From the human T2T-CHM13v2.0 reference genome, Homo sapiens, in the NCBI RefSeq assembly GCF_009914755.1, contig NC_060925.1: a stretch of 64,000 nt of DNA; one strand, given 5' to 3'. A program made the translations under genes and the position numbers. Below, piece after piece: positions 33,118 to 50,920 of this stretch (position 1 is its first letter; each line of letters begins with the position of its first letter). A model generated the notes under the pieces. It was not told where the DNA came from. It did not search any database and saw only the letters and a list, made by a program, of their open reading frames with translations.

Positions 33118-34096
33118 GCCATAGGAACTGTGAAATGGAAATATCTATTGTCTACTTATTATTTGCCAGATATATGGATAATATTTATTTAATCCTCCCA
33201 ACAAATCTCCACCAGAGGTATTATTTCTATTTAGAGAAAAAGTAACTGATACTTAGAATAAGAAGCTTTTCCAAAATTACAGAATCTTCAAATTGAGGGT
33301 TCAGCGTTGGGAACTACTGTCATCTGAATCTGAAAGCCATACTCTTTCCTTTTCACCTTGTAAACCACTTCTTGTTTCAACAAGATGTCAAATAAGTAGG
33401 CTGATGAAGAATTGACTAATTAAATGTATTATAATAATCACAAGCTACTATGTGAATATTAAATAAAATACCATGCTTCTTCTGGCTACTTCAAAGATTC
33501 TTTACACAAAGGGGAAAAAAATGAAACATTTTCGGGATGAAGTGTGTGCTTGGGGTGACAGTGGTTATTTGGAGGGCAGATGATGCAATTGCCTGCTTGT
33601 TGCTGACTCAGAAATGTAGAGAAATGGTCAATATAAACAGATGGCCCCAGGGCTCCTTTCCTTTTGTGAACTGTATGACCCTGATTCAACAAATCTACAG
33701 TCGTGGCACTGGATGCCCTTTTACTAAAGTCCTTTTACCTTGTCAGCCTAGCAAAATGACTGAAATTAAAAACTGACAGGGTCACTTGTGAACTTTACTA
33801 GCAGTCCCGCCTCTGAGCCATTTTGTGCTCTCAGCGGTTACGATTCTTACACTAACAGGTGGTGTCAGAAATCAAAACCTAATCCTCCAGGGGCTGCCTT
33901 GGTGTTCAGTTTCACCTTTCACCGAAGGTGTAATCCACGCCATTAGTTTAATATTTCTTTGTGGGAAAGACACCAAGAAACACCATCTTGGAGAATGTCC
34001 TGGGATTTCCAATATCTCCAGAGGAAATTATATTTGACATAGGCTTTTCTCTTTAGCATTTACTATATAGAAATGTGGGGCACTACAGGATTGCCG

Positions 34097-34634
34097 TGTG
34101 TGTGTGTGTGTGTGTATGTGTGTATATATGTGTGCACGCATATGTGTGTATGTATATGTGTGTGTATGAGTGTGTATGTGTGTATGTGAGTGTGTATGTG
34201 TGTATTGTGTACACGTGAGTGTGTGTATATGAGTGTGTATGTGTGTATGTGTATATGTGAGTGTGTATGTGTGTATGAGTGTGTATGTGTGTATGTATGT
34301 CTGTGAGTGTATGTGTATGTGTGTGAGTGTGTGAGTGTGTATGTGTGTGAGTGTGTGTATGTGTGTATATGTAAGTGTGTATGTGTGTATATGTGAGTGT
34401 ATGTGTGTATGTGTGTATATGAGTGTGTATGTGTGTATGTGTATAGTGAGTGTGTATGTGTGTATATGTGAGTGTGTGTATGCGTGTATGTGTGTATGTG
34501 TGTATATGTGAGTGTGTATGTGTATGTGTGTGTGTGAGTGTGTATGTGTGTACGTGTGAGTGTGTGTATGTGTACGTGTGTGAGTGTGTGTAAGTGAGTG
34601 TGTGTTTGAGTGTGCGTGAGAGTGTGTGTGTATG
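34097..34634. repeat. ~540-bp degenerate (TG)n tract with TA/AG interruptions
   Basis: Read directly; sub-units such as gtgtgtat and gtgtgtatgtgagt. Confidence 0.97.
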
Positions 34635-35261
34635 CACAGGAACATATTTGTTTTTAATTTAGTGTCTCTTTACAAACGCGCTGCAGTGTTCTAAAAAAAA
34701 TATGAAGACTTGTGACCAGAGAATGCAATGCTCCTCAGGCTAGGTTCATGGTGGATGGACTTCTCTCTGTTTGTTACTGCGTATGGAAGGGCAAGAAGTA
34801 AGTTAGCAAAAATTGCTGTATGAATACATTCTGTAACATAATGGCATAGCAAATTGATTTAGACAAGAACAGAATAGCTGAGGATGGAAAAAATGTTCCG
34901 TGCCCAGCTATTAATCCAGGCATGGGATAGGGTTGCTACCTTTTGTCTGAGATTCCCAGGATGTTTAGTCAACGGCACCCATCCATGGGAACCTTAGGCG
35001 GTCTCTATAGCAACTGTTTAGGTGGTCAGTGACTGAGTCAGTGGATGGAGCTAAGAGGTCCAGGTAGACCTGGGATCCTGGGCATTTTGTAAATCTCTGT
35101 GCTAGCAGGACCACATATCTAGATGACATTTCTAGTCCATCTCCCCATTTTTCACCCACTTGTTTCCTTTAACCTTCCTTTTTATGTTCCTGGTTAAATA
35201 AAACCTATAGGTAGACATGTACCCAATGGCCTTTGAACTTTCTCTGTTTAGGGATGTATTA

Positions 35262-36472
<1,211 letters not shown>

Positions 36473-36953
36473 GATTTGTTTTGTGTCTCTGGTATTTACC
36501 TATGTTAATATTTTATTTTACATGGATAGGGGATACCTTATTGTTGAATGTGTGATTGTGGGGTTTGGAGATTAGCTTTATGGCACTTTCTATCATTATT
36601 ACACCTTTTCTTTTAGGTCAGGACAAAGTTCTATTCAAAAGTTATGCATGGTTGTATACTATAATGTCATATCTTCACTTATGAAATGGTAACATCAAAT
36701 TAGCAATATGAATCATTAAAATTGAGAGCACTCTCAATTTGCCAAAATTTGACTGTAACATTTTATCAATGTATTTCATAAATTGAAGTGAGGAAGGCTT
36801 CAGATAATAATATTTTACAAATGGTTTTGTAGGCTATGTTTTTATCAACTCCAATAAGTATCATCAATTAAAGCAATGTTTTAGGGAATTCATACCTTTA
36901 CTTTGGTCTGTTGGGTACGATCATTCCAAATAAGTATTTAAGAAGTGATTCCC

Positions 36954-37271
<318 letters not shown>

Positions 37272-39198
37272 TTATTCCTATTTATTGTATCTTCCATAAA
37301 CTCAATTATTTTACAGTTTAGGGTACAGTCATCCTTAACTAAGAAAAGAGACCCCTGCATGGTCATGTAAAATTTTTTTGCAGGGGTTTGCATTACGGTC
37401 ACAGGCAAACACTAAATCATTTAACCTCTGAGCTTTTGTGTTTTTCTTTGAAACCAGGGGTCTTTATTTCTCCCATGTGATATTTGTACCATTAAGCTTT
37501 AAATTACTGTTTAAAATGCTGAGACATATAAATATATAAAGTTTTTCAAAAGAAAATGTAGACTAGTTTTAAAATAGGTTACAAATTAAATTGAGGACTT
37601 CTGTTTCTGGCCAAAGTGGAGTAAAGGGACTTAATTTATGCTCTTGCCTGAAACAGTTAAAACCAATGCCAATACCCAGGCTAAACCAGAACAAACCAGA
37701 CAAAATATTTGAAACCATGGCTTGCAAGACACCAAACACCAAGCAAGAACAATGATCTCTGGAAGATGGAAAATAAAGTGAACCTTATGATCGCCCCCAG
37801 CTTACTGCTTTGAGAGAGTTTCTAGGTTGCACTGCAGGGAGGGGAAACTGAGGTGGAGCCTGACAAACCTCTGAGTTGAGGAGATGAAACCGACTCTGGG
37901 GAGATCGAGGTAACTGGAGTTCTCAGGACAGAATTTGTGAGATGAGAGAGAGGTGCAGTGATCTTCAGAAAGCCTTCCTCTGGGATTCGGCTGAATCTGA
38001 TCAAAGAATGTATGTGAGGAAACTATTCAAGGCCAGGAAGAGAATTAATCAAATGGATTAGAGACCTTGAAAGATCAAAATATTTTCAGGTAATGTCACT
38101 GCTCCCCAGAACAAAACTCAAGAATATTTACAGGATTACAAAAATATCCAGTACCCAGCAGGGTCAAATTCACAATATCTGGCATTCGATCACAGATTAC
38201 CAGGCATGCAAAACAAAAACAAACAAATAAAAACAAAACAAAACAAAAACCCAGGAAAGTATGAACCATAGTGAAGAGACAAAGCAATCAACTGAAATGA
38301 AATAAGAATGGACACAAATGATAAAATTGGCAGAGCACTACACTGAAAAGTCATTATAATGATATTCCATATATTCAGAAAGTTGAGACATGGAAAATAT
38401 AAAAAGTCTCAAACTTCTAAAGATGAAAACTACAATAGCTGAGATTAAAAATAGGCTGGATAGGATTAATAAAATTATGTATTGCAAATGAAAAGTTTAA
38501 TAAAGTTGAAGACATAGCAACAGAAGCTATTTAAAAAGAAACACAGAGAAAAATAATTTTAAAAAATACAAAGATCATCAGTGAGATGTGGGATAACTTC
38601 ACGTGGTCTAATATATGTATAACTGAAATCCCCAAAGGTATAGGAGAAGAAGAATAATTGAAAAAACAATAGCCTACTATTTCCAAATTTGGTAAAAATT
38701 ATAAACCAACAGATCCAAGAATCCCAATGAACCTCAAACACAAGAAAACTGAAACAAATCACATCAAGGAACACCATAATTGAATTAATCAAAATCAGCA
38801 ACAAAAAATAAATCATGAAAGTAGCAAGATTAAAAAAACACATTATATACAGAGTAACAAAGAAAAAAGTGCATTACTCTTTGGAAAAAATTACAATGGA
38901 ATAATGTCTTTAAAGTATTGAAAGCAAAAACCCGATAAACCTAGAATTCAATATTCAACAAAATGATTTTTCTAGAAATATATATTCAGATATACAAAAT
39001 CTGAAAGAATTCATCAATAGTAGACTCACATAATAAGAAATGTTAAAGGAAATCCTTCAAGTCTAAAGGAAATGATATTAGGTAAAAATGTGCACCTGTA
39101 CAGAGGGATGTAGAGCAACAGAAATGGTAACAAGTGAGTAAATATAGAAGACTTTTTTCTTATCATTTGAATTGCTTTAAAAGATAACTGACTATTTA

Positions 39199-39621
<423 letters not shown>

Positions 39622-40285
39622 TTATGTATAGAGTTGTATACTATTGCTTGAAGGTAGTCTGTAATAAGTTTAAAATATGCACTATAAATTCTAAAGCAAA
39701 GACTAAAACAATAACAAACAGTTATAGCAATATGCCAACAAAGGAGATACATTGGATTCATAAAAAATTTATCAATCCAAAGAAGACAGAAAATGAAGTA
39801 AAGTGGAACAAAGAAGCGACTGGAAAAATATGAAGCAAATTGTAGGATAATAGACTTATACCTAACTATATCAATAATCACATTAAATTTAAATGGCCTA
39901 AACAGCTCCTTAAAAGAAAGATCTTTCTAGATTGGATTTAAAAAAGTATATGCCATCTATAATAAGTATACTCTGAATATAAAAACTAAAATAGGTTAAA
40001 AGTAAACAGATGAAAAACAGTATACCATGCTAACACTAATCAAAGAAAACTAGAGAGGCACCTAGCCTTTCTTTCTTGATTGAAAGAAAGCTAGATGAAG
40101 AATTAACACATTGTCTGTATTCTCAAATGAACGACATAATTGTCTATGCAGAAAATCTAATGGAATTTATAAAAAGATACTAGAAGTAACATATAAATTT
40201 AGCAAGGTTGCAGGATAAAAGGTCAATATATAAACATAATTGTACTTTCATATACTAGGAACAAACATTTGGAAATAAAAATTTA

Positions 40286-40470
<185 letters not shown>

Positions 40471-41571
40471 ATTACTTAACAATTACAACAGAAACATGGA
40501 ACACTTTGGAAGAAAACTAGAAAACTGACAAAAGATGTACAAATGCATACATTAAAAACTACAGAATATTGCTGAGAGAAATTAAAGAAGACTTAAATCA
40601 ATGGAGAGAGACATATCTTGTTCATGAGCTGAAACACTCAGGATTATTAAGATACCAGTTCTCGCCAGATGGATCTACTGATTTGATTCAATTTCAGTAA
40701 AAATTCCAGCAGTTTTTTGGAGATATTTACAAGATGATTCTAAAATTCATATGAAAATAAATGTAGAATAGCCAAAAACTATTTTGAAAAAGAATAACAA
40801 AGTTGAAAGACTAACACTGCCTGATTTCAAAACTTCTTATAAGGCTACTATAATCAAGAAAGTGTTTAATTAGTGTCAAGATATATAAATTAATCAAAGA
40901 AAAAGAATAGTTTGCCCAGAAGTAGAACTACACATACGTAGACAACTAATTTTTGACAAAGATGTAAAGGCAATTTGTTAGAGAACGGATATATAGCCAA
41001 CAAATAGTATTGGAACAGCTGGCTATCCATAGATGGGGAAAAAAATATGAACTTTGATCCATACCTTACACCACATACAAAAATTTACTCATGATGGGTA
41101 ACAGATACAAATGTAAAACTTATAAAACTCACATAAGAAAAAGAAAGGAAAGGTTTGCGACCCTGTGTTAGGAGATTTCTTATATATGACACCCAAAGCA
41201 CAAACTATGAAAGAAAAAATTGATAAATTAGACTTCATCAAAATTTATAGCAATGTGAAAACAGACTAATACACATAGTTTATTGTATGCCAATTATACT
41301 TCACTAAAATTTTTTTTAATTGCATTAGAAACTTATGTTGATTCTGTATTGGGCTGTTGTTTGCCTCCTGCTGGATTTTTGGCAGTTACATTGATGTCCA
41401 ATCTGCTATGTTTTTACAGTTCAGTTGAAAATATCTTCTATTCTGTGGATGCTTTAAGTGGTTGATATATAAACAGAGACACTTATTCGATTTTCATAGA
41501 CATTGAAATGTTTTCACTGGAAAGCTAGGTTGTTGGGTCCATGCTATTGTCTTTTTAAAACTAAATTAACA

Positions 41572-41937
<366 letters not shown>

Positions 41938-42790
41938 CTAGTATGCCCCCTTTTAATAAAAAGACTGAAACACTTACTGTCCACATATGACAATGTTCCT
42001 ATGTAGACAATAAGAGAACCAATCAAATTGTGTTTTACACAGGCGGTCTTTAAAGTGAGAAGGGAACTCATTTGGTACAGACAATCCTGTTTTACAATTT
42101 CACTACTTTGTTCATTACCCCCAATAAAGTCATTCCAAAAATGATGGTATCATGCAAATAAGATCCAAGTATCAGGTATTTATAGGCCATGTCATGAATA
42201 CTTTTACCATCACATACAATATTTGATTCCTTTCTCTCTTTTTACATTAATGATCACTGTACTGAGCTTAGTGCTGCTTACCTTGTGGGCTGGAATGGAC
42301 AGAGACTGACTCTGTGACTTAGGCAGGAACAGTGCATACAGGAGAAAACTGGCATATCCAGGTTAAATACCTACATATTGAAATCACATAATATTTCAAC
42401 ATTTGGAACACTTTAAAATGATCTTTGATAGGAATGATTTTGAAATTGAACTAGTATGTCTATAACATAAACAACCAGACACATTTTTCATCTCAAATTC
42501 ATGCGAATAGTTTTTCTACTTCATGTAAAAAAACTTCCAATTTTATTCCGTAATATTCTAACTATATTCAACTTAAAAAAGAACATTCCCTACCACAGGC
42601 AGAATCAACTGGTAGAAATAACACCAGTCACTAATAGGAAGTCTATACATCTAGGTTTATTCTAAAAGACTGAATGACCTTGAACAGGTTTCATTATCTG
42701 TAAAACAAGAAAGGTTTGAATTGGCCAATTTCTAAGATTCCTCTAAAATAATTCTTTTTCTGTAGAGTAGTTCTGATTGGGACTACTCTA

Positions 42791-43213
<423 letters not shown>

Positions 43214-44399
43214 TCACTTCCCAGCATTCAAATTGAGGAATTTGAAACTGCTGATTTTGTTTGAGCACCAAGGAAATAAAGAAGCCAAACGCCAGAGCTG
43301 GGCTGTCCATCAATTCTCCCATTTCGGAGACATTCTGACTGCCAGGACCAGCCACCTACGTCAGCATGACCACTTGGAATTGGCCAATTCCAGCAGGGAG
43401 TTTGATTACACCCACAGGGCCTCATGAGGATTTTGGCACCTTTTGATCCAAGACGTAATTGACACTGAACGAATGATAAATAAGCATCTTCTTCCCTTTC
43501 TCTTGTTGTCTTCTCCAGCTTCAATTACAACTAGAATATTTCTACAGATTTATTAGGTCAAAGGAAGCCCAGCATTTTTTTTATATTAAAAAGATGTGTT
43601 CGTGTCTGAATATTCGGACAAATCCTTTACATTGCCCATGGGTTGCAGAAGGATTTTAGTGATAGCTAATCATGGAATCAAATTTAATCCACTGGTGTGT
43701 TCCCTTCATTTTAATCACCTCTAAAGTGATATTGTAAGCCTGTATTCCTGGAACAAAAATGAAAGTAGTTGTCATTACTTGACAGATAAAACATAGAATG
43801 ACTTTTCTAAGCCTTACTTGTTTGCATTCTATGAAATTAGACAAACCACTGGTAACTCAAATTACTTTAGAGAGTACGAAGTCTTCCCCATCTGCTGACA
43901 AATTATGTCCCTATGTCAACAGAGGGAAAACACTCCCTGTAACTAGTCCATTTTGTCCCCTGCTGGACTTGAAGCTAATGATTATAGGGAGTTAAAACCA
44001 AACTATTTTCTTCCAGTTGTGAGATACACATCTCCCACAATTCTTGTTCCTTATAGATAATGCTCTAGCTTTCTTAGTGGATTGGTTGTTTGGGAAACCA
44101 CCAGTTCAAAAATTGTGATGGAACTGACTAAATATTTCAGTCAAGCAGTTGACTGAAGTAGCTAGTGGTTGAATTTCCATTGGATTAAGCACTTGTTTTA
44201 ACTACTTGTCAGTAAGGAATATGCAGAGAGAGGGATGCTGAAAAGGGATGATCACTGTGATAATGCAGCCAAAACTAACTCTCAACTGGCTTTATAGGTA
44301 AAATAAAATGTTTTCCTTACCTGAATAATAAACTCTTTAATTTTAAAGTAGAATTATTCATTGGCCTGTGGAATTAAAACTATCAAAATAATGCTAAAT

Positions 44400-44975
44400 A
44401 GAGCTGAGACTGGAATGATGCAAAGTGAGGCAGTTGGCTTCCATTCAAATTTTAAGTGAGAGCAAAAAGTACTCAGTAATTAAGATAAATAATACTAATA
44501 AAATATTTTTAAAAGAAACAGCAAATCAATTTGAAAAAAAAAATCACGATGAATAAAACATCAAAACTGGGCCAGGTGCAGTAGCTCATGCCTGTAATCC
44601 CAGCACTCTGGGAGGCCAAAGAGGGAGGGTCACTCGAGCTCAGGACTTAAGACCAGTCTGGGCAACAAATGAGACCTCGTCTCTATTTTTTTTTCAACTA
44701 TTAAAAACATAAAATAAAAAACATCACAATCGTAAATAAGGACAGAATCAGTATTACTGATTTTTTTTCTTTGGCTCAGGCTTCGTATATAGAACTCTAC
44801 ACAGCATTATTGCTGCCACTGTCTTTCTTTAAAATTTTGATATTTTGTTCACCATGGATTTTTTTGGCATTAATTTTGATGTTTTAAACCATTGCATTTA
44901 GATTTTATTTATCTTTACAACTTAGGTTCTGACACCCTCTTAAGTCCTACGCCAGAGGCGCTCTGGTCTTGCCCT
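44400..44975. mobile_element. MER96B palindromic hAT MITE split by a FLAM (44570-44700)
   Basis: actcagtaattaagataaataat arm, central gaatcagtattactgatttt, mirror arm taaaattttgatattttgttcaccatggattttt. Confidence 0.85.
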
Positions 44976-45310
44976 GGCGTCCTGCGATCTTGATGCCTAA
45001 TTTGAGGTATGAAATTCCAGCCTAATTTGAAGTATAAAATTCCATAGTCACACAACCAATAAGTGGTGAAGTCTGGATTCAACACCCAGTCCTCAGGAGG
45101 CCTTCCTTTGAGGACTGTGCTATTAATGCTTTCCAAGTGACTGTGGAATCTAACAGCTCTGAAAGAAGTTGCTTTGTTCCTTTCCAGCCTGGGACCTTCC
45201 ATAGCCTGAGTTGCGGGTAGAGGATGGTAAACCCTGAGCTAGGGGTCTCAGAGCTGGGACTGGAATCCAGGAATGAGTTAAGGGTTTCAAATAAGATAAT
45301 AAGAGATAGG

Positions 45311-45609
45311 TTTGTTTTGTTTTGTTTTGACGAACTCTCACACTCTCGCCCTGGCTGGAGTGCAGTGGCTTGATCTTGGCTCACAGCAACCTCTGCCTCC
45401 CAGGTTCAGGTGATTCTCCTTGCCTCAGCCTCCCAAGTAGCTGGGATTACAGGCACCCACCACCATACCTGGCTAATTTTTTTGAATTTTAGTAGAGACA
45501 GGGTTTCACCATGTTGGCCAGGCTGGTCTCGAATTCCTGACCTTGTGATCTGCCCGCCTCGGCCTCCCAAAGTGATGGGATTACAGGAGTGAGCCACTGC
45601 ACCCAGCCT
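45311..45609 (-). mobile_element. AluS
   Basis: TSD gagataggttt. Confidence 0.95.
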
Positions 45610-46217
45610 GAGATAGGTTTAAAATTTCTTTTCTGTTGTATAGAATTCAATTTTAAAACGATCTCCCCACTCCTCAGAAAAGAAAGAAAAACATCAATAA
45701 TGCAAAAAGGTATCATCTAAGAACTAAGTTCTTAGAAAAGAACCTACTAGTAATATAAAAATAACTTCTCTCACGTGGCACATGTGCTTTTACATGACCT
45801 CACCTATTTATTTATGTGATGCAATGAAGTTCTGAGACATGGGTGTAGGTCGTAGAAGAGGAAGGTGCTTTTACTCTAAGAAGGGACAGAAGGAGGAGGC
45901 CATTAATAAAAGTAAGGAGAAATGTTTGCAGAAAAGAAGAGGAATATCAGGCATTTGCAGATGGGTTAAGTAAACTTAAAGGAGCTCTTGGTAATTAGCC
46001 TAGAACTCAGCAAAGTAGGACCTGGAATTACTGGTGGGGAGGTGGGGGTGTCGAGGGTGTGGAAGAAGAGGGCAAAAATGAGTGGATGATTTTGGAACAG
46101 TCTTGGTGATCAGTATGGCCTGTAGTCAACAAGATATGGACACACACAGGAGTTCTCTAAAATGCAACAAGATATATTGACAGACAAGTCCAAAATTAAA
46201 ATAATATTCTGATCTTG

Positions 46218-46602
<385 letters not shown>

Positions 46603-46894
46603 TTAACTGTGATAGTATTCACCCCTCGGCCTTAGCTAGTAGTATAGTCTCAGGGTAAATGTTGGTTCTACCTCCTCTTTTATCTTTCACAGCTGAAAGC
46701 ACCAAGTCTTGTCCCTTTTATTTCTAGAATGAGAGTTGCAAAGCCAAATAGTTCTCAAGAATCAGGCAAGTAAAGCAGACTGGGTTGGGGGGTGGGGGTG
46801 TCACTATGTAAGGGTAACTCTTACATTTAATGTGTTGCTGCATTTATATGACCAATATGTTGTTCATTCCAAATACCACTGTAGCAAGATTCAC

Positions 46895-47207
46895 TTTTTA
46901 ATTTTAATTTTAATTTTTTTTTTTTTCAGACTGAGTCTCACTCTGTCGCTCAGGCTGGAGTGTGGTGGCACGATCTTGGCTCACTGCAATCTCCGCCTCC
47001 CGGGTTCAAGCGATTCTCCTGACTCAGTCTCCTGAATAGCCGGGATTACAGGCGCGCACCACCACGCCCAGCTAATTTCTGTATTTATAGTAGAGACGGG
47101 GTTTCACCATGTTGGCCAGGCTGGTCTCAAACTCCTGACCTCAGGTGGTCTGTCCACCTCAGCCTCCCAAAGTGCTGGGATTACAGGCGTGAGCCACCGT
47201 GCCCAGC
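46895..47207 (-). mobile_element. AluS
   Basis: TSD caagattca. Confidence 0.95.
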
Positions 47208-47539
47208 ACAAGATTCAGTTTTTAACAAAGCTTACATAGAAGGAGAATCAAGAACAACATCAGAGCTTTGGTGTTGTGTGCTCTGCTGGAAAAAAAAAAA
47301 AAAAAAGATGGAGGGGGAGGGAAGAACAAAATCTTACTTGTTAAATTACAGAATGTTATCAATGGTAAAACCCGAGAAAGAAAAGAAATGTGCCCAAAAT
47401 AAGAAGAAAGATGAATTAAATTGCTATGCGTCCTGTGAAAGTAACTTTAAAAATATTTTTTCCAACTTTCTTCTATGGCAAACAACCACATACCTTGTAG
47501 AAAATGAATTCTCTGGAGGATACAGGCAATAAAGAAAAC

Positions 47540-49060
47540 CTGTGAGCTCCGTGATGTACACCAGCTGATTCGTGGAGACAGCATACAAGCTTAACTAGGA
47601 ATTTAAATTCATAGATAATTCAGTTTCATGAACTAGGGCCAGCAATAGAATTGTCTATGTTTTCTTTGCACCTTGGTTTGCTGCTCCACCTCCTTCCTCT
47701 CAAATGTAGTCTCTTACTAATCTTGTAAGGGGATCTTCCTTCCCTCTCTTGACGAAGCTTCCTGGTTTCGCTTAGAGTGTGAGGAAGTTTTTGTGACAGC
47801 TGGTCACGTTACTAGCATCACCAGTCCATATTTCCTGTTCAGATTTCAATCAAGCCACAAACCCTTGAGAATCATAGCTTTGGTTTGGTTTCGTTTCGTT
47901 ACAAAACTTTTTTTTTAAGAAACCATGAAACCACACAAGGAGTCCATAATCCCAAAGGCTGCCAAACAACCCTGGTTGACCTAGTTAGCACTGTAGTGGG
48001 AAGTGGGGGAGGGGGCAGTCAGATAACATAATTCTAATTAAAATATTCAGAAAACTAAAACCTTTTAAACTTAACTCTTTGTTTGGAATAAAAACAACCA
48101 AATATTGGGGCCTGACAGACACTATATCAGAAATTAAAACAATTTATTCTTTAAATTTCAGATACTCCAATTAGAATGAAATTAAACTCAATGAGTTTAA
48201 ACTGAGTCGAGGTTTATTAAGCTCTGCCAGTTCCTTTTGCATTCGTTTACTGTATTTTATTTTTAAAACAACCACATAATTAATACTGCAGAAAGCAGTG
48301 TATGATAAGAACTTACTTGGGAAGATTTTTTATTTTGTTTCCGATGTGTATTTCTTAGTCAAGTGCTACATGGTGTTTCTTACCATTACTTATTTAAAAA
48401 GCAGATCAATGAGATTCATACTGGTAACATTTACACAAATTTTCCAAATTATTGTTTGTCTCTACTTACAGTGGGTGCCAAAATAAATCTTGGATCTTTA
48501 TATTTTCCTTTACCAAGTCATGCAAAGCAAGGATCTTTTCTTTAACTGAGCTTTAAAACCATTGCTGGCAGCGTCGAGATCAAAATAAATAGAAGTTCCA
48601 TTCCTGAAAACTGACATGGAATTGAGTCGGCCATAAAAGTGATGTTGTCGCAACTTATTTCAACAAAGAAAAAGTCCTAAAATTAAAAACATGTTTCTTC
48701 TGTCATGTGTCATACAAGGAAAAAAAAATGGAAAAAAAGGAAATCTTAGTGTGTTCCTAATTTAGATTCTTCTTTACTATAAACATAACTTTCTCCAACA
48801 ACGACACACACAAATATGTTGTGCCACTCTTGAGAATTAAGGGCGTTTCTTTGTTCAGTTTGGTTTCTCACCATTTGGACATTAAAAGAATGAAAGTTAC
48901 ATATGCATGTAAGAGTGATTGATGACGGGAGGTGGGCCTACAATTTACATGCATGTTTTCTGAACACAGTTCGGGTCTTAACTTGAAAACCTCAACTTGA
49001 AAAATATCATGAAACGTATTTCTTTGGGAAATTGTTACAGTTTGGGATGTTAGTCTTAGT
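47540..49060. promoter_or_regulatory. Putative enhancer block (repeat-free, motif-rich)
   Basis: No recognisable repeat; retained CpGs; ETS, MEIS/E-box, RUNX, TCF/LEF, TEAD, HOX and PBX-HOX motifs. Confidence 0.35.
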
Positions 49061-49334
49061 GTCAAGTTGAAGATGTTTTGGTTAATTCACAAATGAGTAA
49101 ATTGCCTAGTTTACAGTATTAGCGATTTTTAAATCATAACTTATGGTTACTTGTATGTCTCTTCTGAATAAAATATTTTACAATTTTAGCCTGTAGGTTT
49201 ATGGAAATTCACAATGAAAATAAATCAGGCTCAGACACATCTATGTGAGCAAATCTATATTTCTGGATAATTGAACTACATAAATCACTCATTAAAGACA
49301 AAATATCCAAGAGTTCAAAGTTATCCTTTCTTGA

Positions 49335-49862
<528 letters not shown>

Positions 49863-49890
49863 TAGTTTGCTCATCTAAAACATGGGTATA

Positions 49891-50242
<352 letters not shown>

Positions 50243-50719
50243 CTAATGAATGAGAAGCCCTAGGGCCGAGATTGGGAATCTGCATTTTGGAACAGCTGCA
50301 GGTGGGTCAGTGAATCTGATACTCTGCCTTATGAGAAAGATTGGGATTGAAAGGAAAACACCTTCTCATTCAGGTAGGGATTCCTGTGCAATTTGGCACT
50401 TTCTAGGTCAGAAGATGCTTTCTCTTTTCCCTTCAGACTCTCATTGTCAGGTCATTCTCCTTAAACCTTTAGGGGATGGGAGATGAATTCCCCAGGCCAC
50501 ATCTGTCAGATTCTACATGGCAGTTACATTCCATACCCGTTCTCCCTGTCGCCACTGTCTGTGGGGAAGCTGGCAGATTTGTGGAGAAGTCTAGAAGGTT
50601 GTGGAGAAGCCATGGAAGGTTGTAACATCAACTTTGCAGTTCAATCTCTGACCCTCCCCAGAATTGATTAATTCATCTTTTAAATTTGTCATTTCATTTA
50701 ACAAATATTTGAGGGCAGA

Positions 50720-50920
50720 TATGTACTAGAAGCAGCACAGATCTGGAGTCAGGAGACCCACAGTGGCATTACGCAAAACACCTCCTCAGTCTTACTCTCT
50801 GCTTCTTCATCTATTACAATGAGATAATAATCATTCCTACGTCACAGGGTAGAGGTGAGGATAGAGTGAGAGTTTTAGTGAAGGCACTTTGTAAACCATA
50901 ACAACAGAGCAAGCATTCTT
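50720..50920 (+). mobile_element. MIR
   Basis: tctggagtcaggagacc...cttcatctattacaatgagataataatcattcctacgtcacaggg...gcactttgtaaac. Confidence 0.7.

Noticed and set aside
33739-33760. Minus-strand 9- or 21-nt microexon before AAG|GTAAAA
   Set aside because: Two competing AGs and a short pyrimidine tract; not distinguishable from chance without data.
34028-34645. His/Thr-rich ORFs of 205 and 184 aa
   Set aside because: Translation of the CA-rich simple repeat.
46781-46814. G-quadruplex
   Set aside because: Only three closely spaced G-runs; the fourth needs a 13-nt loop.
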